Shown here: in pieces, positions 18,835 to 29,046 of the stretch | Numbering within the stretch: the stretch's first letter is position 1 | Layout: each line of letters begins with the position of its first letter | The notes under the pieces: model-generated | Databases searched by the model: none | Told to the model about the DNA's origin: nothing | Seen by the model: only the letters and a program-made list of their open reading frames with translations | Source of the DNA: Bdellovibrionales bacterium | Lineage (GTDB): Bacteria > Pseudomonadota > Alphaproteobacteria > UBA9219 | Reading direction: 5' to 3' | NCBI GenBank assembly: GCA_041662785.1 | Contig: JBAZRW010000002.1 | Coordinates: 14,313 to 78,312, forward strand | Length of the DNA: 64,000 nt | Position numbers and translations under genes: made by a program

Positions 18835-19320
18835 ATGCGGGGCTATTTTGGCGTGGGAGTAGAAGGTATTAGCAAAAGCTTTAACCTTGGGAATCTGGTG
18901 CGAACGTCCCATTCTTTTGGCTCCAGCTTTTTCTTTACCATCGGCTCGGCCTTGGATTACCAGAACATTCGCACGTCGGACACGTCACACGCGGCCATTC
19001 ATATGCCTTTTTATGCCCATGAGAATGTCGAGGCCTTTACACTTCCCGACGATTGCTCGCTGGTGGGGGTAGAGCTTTTGGACGAGGCGGTGGATTTGCC
19101 GACGTTCCGCCATCCTCTTCGCGCTGCCTATGTTCTGGGGCCAGAGAAAGGCAACCTCTCGCCCGCGCTGGTGGCGCGCTGCGATCATATCGTGAAAATC
19201 CCGATGAAGTTTTGTGTCAATGTCGGTGTGGCGGGGGCTTTGTGCCTTTATGATCGGATGATCTCTCTTGGCTCGTTTGCGGAGAGGCCCGTTACGCAAG
19301 GCGCACGCGTCAAGAGGTAA
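18835..19320 (+). CDS. Small SpoU/TrmH-family RNA 2'-O-methyltransferase (TrmL-like).
   Basis: SPOUT motifs (GNLVRTSHSFG, VLGPEKGNLSPAL, VGVAGALCLYD). Start assigned to MRGYFGV, with an AAGGA ribosome-binding site upstream. Confidence 0.65.
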   Translation: MRGYFGVGVEGISKSFNLGNLVRTSHSFGSSFFFTIGSALDYQNIRTSDTSHAAIHMPFYAHENVEAFTLPDDCSLVGVELLDEAVDLPTFRHPLRAAYVLGPEKGNLSPALVARCDHIVKIPMKFCVNVGVAGALCLYDRMISLGSFAERPVTQGARVKR

Positions 19321-19344
19321 TCTTGCCCCAGCGTTGACTTTTTG

Positions 19345-19427
19345 CCCGTTTCCTGCGGTTCGCTGCGCACGTACATTAACGTACGCTTGCGCTGCGATCC
19401 TCGCAAACAAACAAAAATCCTTTGCTG
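19345..19427. repeat. Family-B ~80-bp palindromic repeat, copy B1.
   Basis: tcctgcggttcgctgcgcacgtacattaacgtacgcttgcgctgcgatcctcgcaaacaaacaaaaatcctttgc. It is nearly identical to the copy at 24140-24235. Confidence 0.8.
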
Positions 19428-19459
19428 GTTCAAGATTACGAACAGGCCTTAAGGCAGGG

Positions 19460-20716
19460 CTATTCTCCTGTGGCGCTATGCTTGCGGATGAATTGGTGGA
19501 CAAGCGGCTGGATGTTGTTGCGCCATTTGCGCCCGTTAAACACGCCATAATGGCCGACGCCGATTTCAAGATGGGATTGTTTCATTTCAGCCGGAAGGTT
19601 GCTGCAAAGGTCAAGCGCCGCGCGTGTATGTCCTGCGGGCGATAGATCGTCAAGCTCGCCTTCAACAGTGAGCAGTGCTGTCTTGGTGATGGTGGCGGGG
19701 TTCACTTTGCTGCTGCGCCAGACAAACGAGCCGTTCGCTAGATCGTGTCGTTGATAGGCGCGTTCAATATACTGAAGGTGAAATTCTTCCGGCACATCCA
19801 TCACGGCCAGAAACTCGTTATAGAAGGCCTCATGCGCTTCGACAGCATCATCGTCCCCGCGCACAAGATGCCGATAATACTGGACTTGCTCTGTAATATG
19901 ACTGTCTAAAGACATGGCCATGCGATCAAGAAGCTGCATTATGCCGGGATAAACGCGCCGGAACGCGCCCGCATAATAAGTCGGAACCATCTGGATTTGC
20001 GCGGTGCGAAACCACGACAGGGAATGGCTTTTGGCCTCTTCGCTAAGAGCGCAGGGCTGGCCCCGCGCATCGATGGGGCCGCCGATCAACGTCATAGAGA
20101 GAGGCTCGACCGGCGTTTCCTGCTCTGCCAAAAGCGCAACCGCGCATAAGATTGAGACTGACGCTTGACTAATCGCCAGAAGGTGAAGGTTAGCGCCAAG
20201 CGACTGGATCACGTCCATCAGATAACCAATCTGATCCTCAAGATCGAAGTAGCCTTGCGAAAGGGGAACGTTCTTCGCATCAACCCAGTCTGTAATGTAA
20301 ACGTCATGGGACGGCAGCATGGCCTCAACCGTGCCGCGCATCAGCGTCGCGAAATGGCCCGACATGGGCGTGATGATAAGAAGCTTGGGATCGCCCACCA
20401 GATGTTGCGCGATTTCGGGATGGCGCGTGGCGCGGTCAAAGTGCAGCAAGTGGCAAAACGGCGTTTTGTGAACCGTCTTAATCTCAACCTCAATCGGCTC
20501 GCCGCGAAACTTCGTTGACTTGATATTGAAAGGGGGCTTTTCGTGAAAGCGCGTGCTGCGCTCAAACATCGCTATCTGCGCCTCTAAAGCGCGGCCACAC
20601 TCATAGCGCGAGGTTGGGCATTGGGCGCTTTTTAGCGTTTGCGCCATAAACCGCGCCACGCTATTCCAAGGCGCCAGCGCCATATTTTGCATATCTAGTA
20701 ACTGGTACAGGAACAT
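19460..20716 (-). CDS. phaZ: Intracellular poly(3-hydroxybutyrate) depolymerase (PhaZ family).
   Basis: The N-terminus from MFLYQLLDMQNMALAPWN onward matches the PhaZ-family intracellular PHB depolymerase signature, and the length of about 418 aa fits. Confidence 0.7.
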   Translation of the reverse strand: MFLYQLLDMQNMALAPWNSVARFMAQTLKSAQCPTSRYECGRALEAQIAMFERSTRFHEKPPFNIKSTKFRGEPIEVEIKTVHKTPFCHLLHFDRATRHPEIAQHLVGDPKLLIITPMSGHFATLMRGTVEAMLPSHDVYITDWVDAKNVPLSQGYFDLEDQIGYLMDVIQSLGANLHLLAISQASVSILCAVALLAEQETPVEPLSMTLIGGPIDARGQPCALSEEAKSHSLSWFRTAQIQMVPTYYAGAFRRVYPGIMQLLDRMAMSLDSHITEQVQYYRHLVRGDDDAVEAHEAFYNEFLAVMDVPEEFHLQYIERAYQRHDLANGSFVWRSSKVNPATITKTALLTVEGELDDLSPAGHTRAALDLCSNLPAEMKQSHLEIGVGHYGVFNGRKWRNNIQPLVHQFIRKHSATGE

Positions 20717-21104
20717 CGAATCACAAGGGTTCAAAGCGGAGGGTGACGTTAGGCTATTATGGTTAATGCCGACTGTAAACAGGATGTCGGAGAAGGACGT
20801 TGCCAAAAATAACCGATTTTGAATCCAAAATCGGTCGAAGTTTGCTAAACACAGCAAAATCAATGGGTTAGTGTGTGGTCAAAATCGAGTCAGTATTGTT
20901 ATATTTCAAGGTGTTACGGCATTAACTTTGTTCTGATGGCGACTGAGAGGCACTATTCCACGCCAGCGCAACTGTGGTGAGCGTTTTTTGACTAACACAT
21001 TGATAGAAAAGGATTTCGTTTTTTGGATTTTGGGTGGCGTTTTTTCTGTATCGCGAGGCTTGATCGGGAAGGCGATCAAGGGGATAGCGAACGACGCCCC
21101 CCTC

Positions 21105-21290
21105 TCGTCATCCCGCACAGCGGATGACGCGGCAGCGTCAGACGCGTGATGCGGGATCCATCGCCTGAAGTGGCAAGAGGGACTTTGGTGGAAGGTTCAG
21201 GTGATGGATCCCGCATCTTCGCGATGCTGACGCATCGCTTTGTGCGGGATGACGTGGGGAAGACGAGGGCACGGGGATGACGAAGGGGGG
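21105..21290. repeat. Family-A-related complex nested palindrome, copy A4.
   Basis: CGTCATCCCGCACAGCGGATGACG hairpin, a long inverted repeat (GTCAGACGCGTGATGCGGGATCCATC ... GATGGATCCCGCATCTTCGCGATGCTGAC), and GTGCGGGATGACG. Confidence 0.8.
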
Positions 21291-21367
21291 GGCGGCAGGA
21301 GATGGATTGCCGCGCTCCCTTTGGTCGCTCGCAATTGACGGGGGTAATAGAAGGAGAAAGCACCGTC

Positions 21368-23170
21368 CTATTTCTTCGCCTTCATCCACCACAGGCTTTC
21401 GATATCCAGCCCGTATTTTGGATTGATGGCGGGCATGCCAAACTTGTCCCAATACGCGATCCGATACGCGCCAAAGTTCCAGTGCGGAATGACATACTGC
21501 CCCCACAACAGAACGCGATCCAACGCGTGGCACAGGGTTATCAACTCGGCGCGGTCTTTCGCGTGGATCAGCTTTTCGATCAGCGCGTCCACCACGGGAT
21601 CATGCACGCCGATCAGATTGCGGCTGCCCTTTTGATCCGCCTTGGCGCTGCCCCAGAAATCGCGTTGCTCATTACCCGGAGAGAGGGACTGGCCGAACAC
21701 ATGAATCGTCATGTCGAAGTCAAAGCCGTCGATCATGTTTTGATATTGTGAGCTATCGACGATGCGGAAGGTCGCTTGAATGCCAAGGCGCTCTAGGTTG
21801 CGGATGAACGGCTGCACCCAACGCTCAAACAGCGGTGAGCTATCGACAATCTCAAAGCGGAAGGGCTCGCCTTTATCGTTCACCAGCTGGCCATTTTTCA
21901 AAGTCCATCCCGCTTGCGTGAGCAAGGTGGTGGCTTGCCGCAGATTGTCGCGCGCATCGCCGCTGCCGTCCGTCTTGGGAGGCTCATAGGTTTGCGTAAA
22001 AACCTCGTCAGGGATGCGCCCGCGATAAGGCTCCAGCACTTTCACTTCGTCGGGGGAGGGCAGGCCGCTGGACGCAAGCTCGGAATTCGCAAAATAACTT
22101 TTGGTGCGCGTATACGCGCCATAAGCCAGCGTCTTATTGCCCCATTCGAAATCGAATGCGAGAGCCAAAGCCTGCCTCACGCGCTTGTCTTGAAACAGCG
22201 GGCGGCGCGTGTTCATCACAAAACCCTGCATACCAGCGGGCAACTCGTTCTTGATCTCCTTTTTGATCAGCTTGCCTTCTTTGACGGCGGGCGTGGTGTA
22301 GGCGCTCGACCAATTCTTGGCGCTGTTCTCTAGGCGGAAATCATACTTGCCCGCAAACAAAGCTTCCAGCGCGACGGTCGCATCGCGGTAGATGTCGACG
22401 ACGATGGTGTCAAAGTTATAGCGGCCCTTGTTGACGGGAAGATTCTCCCCCCACCAGTTGGGAACGTGGCGATAGGTGATCGTGCGTCCTGCCGTGAAGT
22501 TTTCGATCTTATACGGCCCGCTGCCCAGCGGTGGTGTGAGGGTCGTTGCGGCGAAATCCTTACCCTTCCAATAGGCTTTTGAGAGGATCGGCATCTGTCC
22601 CATAATAAGCGGAAGCTCGGTATTACCGGCGCTTTTAAAGGTGAATTTCACGCCGTTTTCGGACGTTTTTTCGGCTCGTTCGACGTCTTTATAGTAGCTG
22701 CGGTAGAACGGATGGCCCTTCTCGCGCAACGTCTCAAACGAAAAGACGACATCGTCGGCCGTGATGGGCGTTCCGTCTTGGAAACGCGCCTCAGGCCGTA
22801 GCTCATAGGCTACCCACTGCTTGTTGTCCCCCACGGTCACGCTTTTCGCGACGCGGCCATACTGGCTAAACGGCTCATCCAGAGAGCTTTCCATCAGCGT
22901 TTCGAAAACCATTGAGGATTCAGCGGCGGCTTGTCCTTTCAGGATAAAGGGATTGAGGTTGTCGAACGTGCCAATCGCGGCCAGATGCAGCGTGCCGCCT
23001 TTTGGCGCGTCGGGGTTGGCGTAATCGAAATGCGTGAAGCCTTCCGCATATTTCGGCGTGCCATGCAGCGCGATCCCGTTCGCGGGCGCAGCCGCGTAGG
23101 CTGGCGTGGCGATAAGCAGGGCAAGAAGGGCGAGGAGAAGAAGAGGGTGGTGGGACATGGTAACCAGCAT
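21368..23170 (-). CDS. ABC transporter periplasmic substrate-binding protein, family 5 (oligopeptide/YejA-like). No permease or ATPase genes are adjacent.
   Basis: Signal peptide (LLLLALLALLIATPAYAAAP). Length of about 600 aa and family-5 SBP conservation. Confidence 0.75.
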   Translation of the reverse strand: MLVTMSHHPLLLLALLALLIATPAYAAAPANGIALHGTPKYAEGFTHFDYANPDAPKGGTLHLAAIGTFDNLNPFILKGQAAAESSMVFETLMESSLDEPFSQYGRVAKSVTVGDNKQWVAYELRPEARFQDGTPITADDVVFSFETLREKGHPFYRSYYKDVERAEKTSENGVKFTFKSAGNTELPLIMGQMPILSKAYWKGKDFAATTLTPPLGSGPYKIENFTAGRTITYRHVPNWWGENLPVNKGRYNFDTIVVDIYRDATVALEALFAGKYDFRLENSAKNWSSAYTTPAVKEGKLIKKEIKNELPAGMQGFVMNTRRPLFQDKRVRQALALAFDFEWGNKTLAYGAYTRTKSYFANSELASSGLPSPDEVKVLEPYRGRIPDEVFTQTYEPPKTDGSGDARDNLRQATTLLTQAGWTLKNGQLVNDKGEPFRFEIVDSSPLFERWVQPFIRNLERLGIQATFRIVDSSQYQNMIDGFDFDMTIHVFGQSLSPGNEQRDFWGSAKADQKGSRNLIGVHDPVVDALIEKLIHAKDRAELITLCHALDRVLLWGQYVIPHWNFGAYRIAYWDKFGMPAINPKYGLDIESLWWMKAKK

Positions 23171-23275
23171 TTAGGATTCAGGATTCGGCATTTAGGAAAA
23201 GAAGAGTTTAGACCTAAAGGAAAGGGGAAGCTATAGCTCCCCCCGAATCCTGAATCCTGATTGCTGAATCCTTTT

Positions 23276-24034
23276 TTACCCTTGTTCCTTCATGGAAGAC
23301 AGGGCGATGAGGTTCTGCCAGCGATGTGAGGACAGAAGGTGCGCGAAGATAAGGCCGATCCAGCCCTTGCGCCGCCAGCTAAGATAGACATTGTCAGGCA
23401 GCAGGTCGAATTTCTTGGGGTCGATGACCTGAAAGCCCGCCAATTGCAGCTTAGAGCCGTTGGGCATGTCGATCTGCGCATCGTTGGGCATCAGCAAATT
23501 GTAGTCCTTCAGTGCTTTGACGAACTCGTCGGTCGCTTCGCCTTGTTGACGCAATGAGGCGCAAAAATTCATCGCGCTTTGCGTAAACTGTGTGGGCTTG
23601 CCGTCTTTGAACAGCGCGTATTCGCCGCTTGTGCCCAGCATCTCGCTGGTTTCATCGATGCACAGGACGTATTGCTTTTGGTTGGGATCATCCATCAACA
23701 GGAACGGATAGCGGCGGACATAGGCGGGGAGATAGCTGCCGCCCAGCCATTGGCCGTTCTCATCCAAAAAGAGGTTACTGTCGTTCGTGAGGCCGACCAC
23801 GGCGGCGGGAACAGGAGAATCGCCAGCGGCAAAAACGATGGGGTAATGCGCGGCGGCCATTGGAAACTCATCGACCAGCAAGGGGATCGCGTTCGTCTTG
23901 GCGGCGAAGTTGAAATGTTTGGGAGCGGAAACAAATAATGAGGAATCATGCTCAATGTCCAACGGACGGATCGAGGAATAAAACATGGGCATATCGGGGG
24001 CAGCTTGCGTCGTATTTTGCGGGGTCTCGGTCAT
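23276..24034 (-). CDS. SapC-family protein.
   Basis: Resembles the SapC family (about 250 aa) from memory. No decisive motif was found. Confidence 0.4.
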   Translation of the reverse strand: MTETPQNTTQAAPDMPMFYSSIRPLDIEHDSSLFVSAPKHFNFAAKTNAIPLLVDEFPMAAAHYPIVFAAGDSPVPAAVVGLTNDSNLFLDENGQWLGGSYLPAYVRRYPFLLMDDPNQKQYVLCIDETSEMLGTSGEYALFKDGKPTQFTQSAMNFCASLRQQGEATDEFVKALKDYNLLMPNDAQIDMPNGSKLQLAGFQVIDPKKFDLLPDNVYLSWRRKGWIGLIFAHLLSSHRWQNLIALSSMKEQG

Positions 24035-24139
24035 AGTCGCTCCTTAAATAGAATCTGATTTACCGGATGGATTTTAACCGCCGATAGGGGCGGGAAGGCA
24101 AGGCATTTCTTAGAATCTGCCCACAATCTCTACTGCAAC

Positions 24140-24235
24140 TTTCGCTTTTTGTCTGTTTTCTGCGGTTCGCTGCGCACGTACTTTAACGTACGCTTACGCT
24201 GCGATCCTCGAAAACAAACAAAAACCCTTTGTCGC
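24140..24235. repeat. Family-B palindromic repeat, copy B2.
   Basis: ttctgcggttcgctgcgcacgtactttaacgtacgcttacgctgcgatcctcgaaaacaaacaaaaaccctttg. Confidence 0.8.
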
Positions 24236-24287
24236 AGCGAGTTTGTGAACAGATTCTTATCATTAACATCTTTTCCTTATAAAACCC

Positions 24288-24629
24288 TTAAAGTGAGTCC
24301 ATTATTCGGCCCGTGAACCACAGGCGGCCTTGGCGGTCTTCAACTTCGATAACCCAAAGGTCGGGATCAAAGGCGATTTGCTCGGCCAAATAGCGGTCGG
24401 CTTCTTTTTCGGGGGTTGCGTCCGTTGAAAGGGCTGGAACCCAGACCTTTTCGCCGTCCAGACGTACTTGATTGTAAACATGAGCCGTGCCGTCTAGCTT
24501 GTTGATTTTAAGGAAGAGTGCGCCGTTGCTGGGGTCGCCCTTATGCGTGACGATCATCGAGACGCCGCTTTGCGCCGCGATATGGCTTTGCGCCGCAATC
24601 AGTAAGTCGGTGGGCAGGTCGTCAGACAT
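24288..24629 (-). CDS. Small conserved hypothetical protein. It overlaps the surE stop by 8 bp.
   Basis: 113-aa ORF that appears co-transcribed with surE. Confidence 0.4.
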   Translation of the reverse strand: MSDDLPTDLLIAAQSHIAAQSGVSMIVTHKGDPSNGALFLKINKLDGTAHVYNQVRLDGEKVWVPALSTDATPEKEADRYLAEQIAFDPDLWVIEVEDRQGRLWFTGRIMDSL

Positions 24630-25443
24630 CGTGGATTAAATCGTCCAAAGGCTCATCAAGGATTTCGGCTTGAGGTTTAAACCGGACAAAGGGCTTGGCG
24701 ATCTCAAGGCTATGGGACAGGCTTAGCGCCGTGATGGCAATTTCGCCTCGGCTAAGCAGTGCCGCTTCGCCATTTGGCAGGGGGACGGGTTCTTTTTCTT
24801 CTAAGGATAGCCAATAGTACTCCTCACCGCGTGGATTGATGCGGCGGCTGCTTAGGACGCGCGGGATGTTCTTGTGCCCCTGCATGGCCCAGCCATAGCC
24901 CTTGATCTCATCCGGCGGATAGTCGGGGATGTTGACCGACAGGCATGTTTCCTTGCGCCAGCCTTCGCGAAGGAGGCGTTGCAGAACAGCGGGCAAAACA
25001 ATCTCGGTCGTCGCCCACGGCGTCTTGCCTTTCTTGGCGCTTTGTTGGCTGATCGCGATGGCGGGGATGCCCAGCATCAGCGCGGTCATCGCCGCGCCAA
25101 CGGTTCCCGACAGATTGTTGGCATCCGCAATGTTGGCTGAAGGATTGACGCCAGAGAGGACAAGGCTTGGCCGCGCATCGGCCATCAGAACGTCAAGCGC
25201 CAGCGCGATGCAATCGGACGGCGTTCCCGTGACGGCATAGGCGCGTTCGCCGCGCGGGATGATTTGAAGAGGCTGACGCAGGGACAGTTTTTGGCTTGCG
25301 CCGCTTTGGTCTTCGGTTGGTGCGACGATCCACACTTCTTGCGCCAGCGTGGCCGCAATCTTGGCCAGCAACGTAAGCCCGATGGCATCAAAGCCATCAT
25401 CGTTGGTCAAAAGAATACGCGGCAAAAGAAGATCATCGGGCAT
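24622..25443 (-). CDS. surE: 5'/3'-nucleotidase SurE.
   Basis: N-terminus ILLTNDDGFDAIGL plus other SurE motifs. Confidence 0.9.
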   Translation of the reverse strand: MPDDLLLPRILLTNDDGFDAIGLTLLAKIAATLAQEVWIVAPTEDQSGASQKLSLRQPLQIIPRGERAYAVTGTPSDCIALALDVLMADARPSLVLSGVNPSANIADANNLSGTVGAAMTALMLGIPAIAISQQSAKKGKTPWATTEIVLPAVLQRLLREGWRKETCLSVNIPDYPPDEIKGYGWAMQGHKNIPRVLSSRRINPRGEEYYWLSLEEKEPVPLPNGEAALLSRGEIAITALSLSHSLEIAKPFVRFKPQAEILDEPLDDLIHDV

Positions 25444-25561
25444 GAAGAACGTATCCGTTTACAAAAAAAGGAATCGTAACAGATCCATCTTATGCGGTTT
25501 TATTGGCGTTGGCTATGCACTCGCGTAAGCCGCGCATTAACCATAACAAGGGTTTGGCCAC

Positions 25562-25594
25562 AAAAAAAAGGCGGGGATCAACCCCCGCCTTTTT
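25562..25594. terminator. Bidirectional rho-independent terminator.
   Basis: AAAAAAAAGGCGGGGATCAACCCCCGCCTTTTTCG, a GC-rich hairpin flanked by an A-run and a T-run, just after the mlaA stop. Confidence 0.75.
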
Positions 25595-25611
25595 CGTTAT
25601 CAAGTATCGTC

Positions 25612-26412
25612 TTAGCGAAGAACAGGCGTGCTGTTTTCCGCATCGTAATCTTCAAAAACGGGCGACTGAGAGCCCATTTTTACGCCAAGTTGCTTGGCGC
25701 GGTATTGACGATAGACGCTACGCATCTGAGCATAGAAGTCCAAGGAGCCTTCGCGAAGAGCGTCAAGCCCTTCGATGTTGGCTTCGCGGCGAGACAAGGC
25801 CGAAGCCGACATATCGGCAGCGGTAAAGGTTCCCTCAATCGTCGCATCGCCATAGGAAACAATGTATTTCCAAGGCGACATAACCGTGTCAACGCCAAGA
25901 CCAATAGCATCACGCACGTTCGACGGGCCAAAGAGCGGCAGAACGAGATAGGGGCCTTCGCCCATGCCCCATACATGCAGGGTCTGACCAAAGTCACCTG
26001 TTTGACGGGCAAAGCCATAATCGCCAGCGACTTCAAACATACCGCCACCACCAAGGGTCGTGTTGATCAGGAAGCGGCTTGCCGTCGTACCAGCGTTTTT
26101 CACTTCGCCTTGCATCAGGTTGTTGGCAAAGATAACAGGCTCGGCCATATTGCGAAGAATGGCGGCGATCCGGTCACGCAAGGGAGGCGGAACCGTAATG
26201 CGGTACAATTCGGCCATCGGACGGATCAGTAAACGATCAAGGAAATCGTTCACATCGAAAATGGCGCGGTTCACGGGCTCAATGGGATCATTGACGCCAT
26301 TGAGTTCTGCTCTTTCTGCCTTTGTTTGGGGCAAAGACGAACAGGCCGAGAGGGCTAAAAGCGCGAAAAGGGAAAAAGTGACAAAACGTTTCTTTAGCAT
26401 GGCTAACCTCAA
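25612..26412 (-). CDS. mlaA: MlaA/VacJ outer-membrane lipoprotein.
   Basis: Lipobox LALSACSS and the MlaA core (NDPIEPVNRAIFDVNDFLDR...TLGGGGMFEVA). Confidence 0.85.
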   Translation of the reverse strand: MRLAMLKKRFVTFSLFALLALSACSSLPQTKAERAELNGVNDPIEPVNRAIFDVNDFLDRLLIRPMAELYRITVPPPLRDRIAAILRNMAEPVIFANNLMQGEVKNAGTTASRFLINTTLGGGGMFEVAGDYGFARQTGDFGQTLHVWGMGEGPYLVLPLFGPSNVRDAIGLGVDTVMSPWKYIVSYGDATIEGTFTAADMSASALSRREANIEGLDALREGSLDFYAQMRSVYRQYRAKQLGVKMGSQSPVFEDYDAENSTPVLR

Positions 26413-26450
26413 ACTCCTTAGTAAGGGCGTTGCGACTCAAAGCCCTATAG

Positions 26451-29030
26451 TTAGTGTTTATCGGATTTAGACCCCTCTAGCAAGACGGGAAGTACGACAA
26501 ACGTGCATAAAAGCGAATATAAGAGGGCAATGGTTAATAATTCGCCCATCGAGCGCGTGCCTGTGTGAGAAGATAGTGATAGCGACCCAAAAGCCACAAG
26601 TGTCGTTCCCGCGCTAAAAAGCACCGCGCGAGCCATGCTGGAGGAAAGAGGATTCGTCTGCCCGTTTTTCCAATAACTTATAAAGTAGATCGCATACGAT
26701 ACGCCTAAGGAAAGCAGCAAAGGCAGAGCGATGACGTTCGCAAAATTTAACGGCAGGTTAATCGCTGTCATGGTGGCCAGCGTTAAGATTCCAGCAAGGA
26801 TTAGGGGCGTGATCAGGCGAACAACGTCCATTGCACGCCGCAAAATAACCCAACCCAGAAGGGCAATCAGGAAAATGCCCAGCGCGCCCGCCTGAATAAA
26901 GGCGTTCATGACGGTCTTGCCAGATTCTTGGATCGAGATGGGGGAGCCTGTCGCGTCCGGCGCGATTTTTCTGACGGCTTGCGTAAAGGCGGTCAGGACG
27001 CGGTGATCCCGTGCATTGCCTTTGGGATAGACTTCAATCTTGGCGCGGCCATCGGCAGCGATCCAGTCATGGCGCAAATCATCCGTGATGGAATCGAGTG
27101 AGGCTTTCTCACCGCTCAGCAACAGGCGCACGCGCGCCAGATGACCCACCATGCCGCCGATCATGTTGCGCTTAAGCTTCGCCAGAAGCTTGATGCTGTC
27201 GCGATCCACGACTTTGTATAAAGCGTCCGCCAGCTTTTGCGCCTCAACGCGGCTTGTGCCTAAGGTTCGCAGTGTTTTGGCCGTATCCTTCATGGTGGCA
27301 AGGTTGTCTTCGTCCGACGGGGGGATAAAAATTGCATGAGGATTGAGCGAAGGATCCAAAAGAAACTTCGCATCGGTGATTTGCGCCAGTTTGGCTTCTT
27401 GATTTTCGGGGACGAAACTGGCCAGCGTGATCGTGTGGTCCACTTCGGGCAGCGCATCAATCTTGGCGGCTAGCGCTTTGGCAGCATCCAATGAGGGTGC
27501 GAGAATCTGGATAACATAGGGGCTGGCGTCGGGGTCCTTCATAATATCGAAAAGGGTTGATACGGATTCCGTGTGCGGGTCTTTCAGATTGAGCGGGTCG
27601 AAATCAAAGCGCACCTGCGCGGCCAAGAGCAAGGCGATGAGGGCAAGCAGACCGACCCCTAGGCGCAAGCGCTTACGGTGGGTGGTCAGGAAAGCGTCTA
27701 TCGGCGCGGCCCATGCGAACCCGATGGCTTCCGGTTCGGCGGGCGGTCTCATCAGGGCCAGCAGGGCGGGCAGCAAGGTGAGATTGAGGATAAACGCGAT
27801 TACCATGCCTGCGCCCGCGATGAGGCCTAGCTCAGACACGCCGCGATAGCTGGTGGGGATAAAGGCCATAAAGCCGATGATGGTAGAGGCGGCGGCCATC
27901 GTAAGCGGCGCGGCGATAAGGCGCGTGGTGGCCAGCATGGCCTTGGTGGCGTCGGGCTCCTTGTGATGCTCATCGCGGAAACGCACGCCGAATTGGATTC
28001 CAAAATCGACAGCAATGCCGACGAACATCACGGCAAAAGCGACGGAAATCAGGTTGAGCGAGCCGATGGCGGCCATCGCAAAAGCTGTCGTGGCGATCAG
28101 ACCAACCCCCAGCGTCATCAGGATGGGCAGGATCAGGCGCAGCGAGCGCAACGCCAGAAACAGGATGAAAATGACCAGCACAACCGAGACGATGGTGGCT
28201 GTTTTTGTACCTTCGGCTACGCTGGCGAACTCTTCGTCATTCAGCGCGACGGAGCCTGTCAGGCGAACGGTCACGCCGCTTTCGGCGGTAAGGCCCAACG
28301 CCTTTGCGGTATCACGGACGACTTGGCTGGCCTTAGCGCCGGGCGACAGCGCGCCGAAATCAAGGATGGGCTGCACAAGGATAAATTTGCGCGTTTCGCG
28401 CAGCGTCGGGGCGTGGTTCGACATCATGCTCTGCCACGGCAGGAGGGCATCTTGTCCCGCCAGATTAGCGTCGAGTGTTTGTGCGATTAGCGCGAAAGAG
28501 GGCGCGATGTCTTTATAATCCGTCTGGCCGCGTTTGACGCCTTCGACGGCCAGATCCATCGTCTTGAACAGCCCGCGCAGAGAAGGATCCTTGGCAAGGC
28601 TGCCCATCAGTGGTTGCGCTTGTATCAACATATCCAAAAGGTCGCTTAACTTCTCCTCATCCAGCAATAGAAAGCCGTATTTTTGGAAAGTGGGGGAGGC
28701 GTCAGGGCGCATAACGGTCTTGAATAAGGCGGGCTGGCTCACCAACGCGTCGGCCAGTGAGGCGGCGGCATTCTCGGCCAAGTCGGCGTTCAGGCCATCC
28801 ACGACGATGACAAGCCGATCCAGTTTTTGCGGAAAGGCGGCATCCAATTCTTTTTCGCGCTGCCGCCAATCAAGGTTGCTTGCCATCAGCTGATCGATAT
28901 CGGTGTTGATCTTGATATGATCACGCACGTAAACGCCTAGCCCGACGCTAAGGGTCAAAAGGGACAGGACAACGACAAGCGCGAAGCGGCGGCAGAAAGA
29001 GACGGTTTGGACAAGAAAGGTGGTTAGCAA
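26451..29030 (-). CDS. MMPL/RND-superfamily exporter (HpnN-like), twelve TM helices and two periplasmic loops.
   Basis: About 859 aa with two repeated six-TM bundles and large periplasmic domains. The start is TTG or GTG, and no in-frame ATG precedes TM1. Confidence 0.75.
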   Translation of the reverse strand: MLTTFLVQTVSFCRRFALVVVLSLLTLSVGLGVYVRDHIKINTDIDQLMASNLDWRQREKELDAAFPQKLDRLVIVVDGLNADLAENAAASLADALVSQPALFKTVMRPDASPTFQKYGFLLLDEEKLSDLLDMLIQAQPLMGSLAKDPSLRGLFKTMDLAVEGVKRGQTDYKDIAPSFALIAQTLDANLAGQDALLPWQSMMSNHAPTLRETRKFILVQPILDFGALSPGAKASQVVRDTAKALGLTAESGVTVRLTGSVALNDEEFASVAEGTKTATIVSVVLVIFILFLALRSLRLILPILMTLGVGLIATTAFAMAAIGSLNLISVAFAVMFVGIAVDFGIQFGVRFRDEHHKEPDATKAMLATTRLIAAPLTMAAASTIIGFMAFIPTSYRGVSELGLIAGAGMVIAFILNLTLLPALLALMRPPAEPEAIGFAWAAPIDAFLTTHRKRLRLGVGLLALIALLLAAQVRFDFDPLNLKDPHTESVSTLFDIMKDPDASPYVIQILAPSLDAAKALAAKIDALPEVDHTITLASFVPENQEAKLAQITDAKFLLDPSLNPHAIFIPPSDEDNLATMKDTAKTLRTLGTSRVEAQKLADALYKVVDRDSIKLLAKLKRNMIGGMVGHLARVRLLLSGEKASLDSITDDLRHDWIAADGRAKIEVYPKGNARDHRVLTAFTQAVRKIAPDATGSPISIQESGKTVMNAFIQAGALGIFLIALLGWVILRRAMDVVRLITPLILAGILTLATMTAINLPLNFANVIALPLLLSLGVSYAIYFISYWKNGQTNPLSSSMARAVLFSAGTTLVAFGSLSLSSHTGTRSMGELLTIALLYSLLCTFVVLPVLLEGSKSDKH

Positions 29031-29046
29031 GGGGTGTTCCTTAGGT

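Noticed and set aside
25492-26232. 246-aa ORF on the plus strand.
   Set aside because: It lies entirely antisense to the well-supported mlaA gene and has no recognisable domains. This is a typical high-GC shadow ORF.
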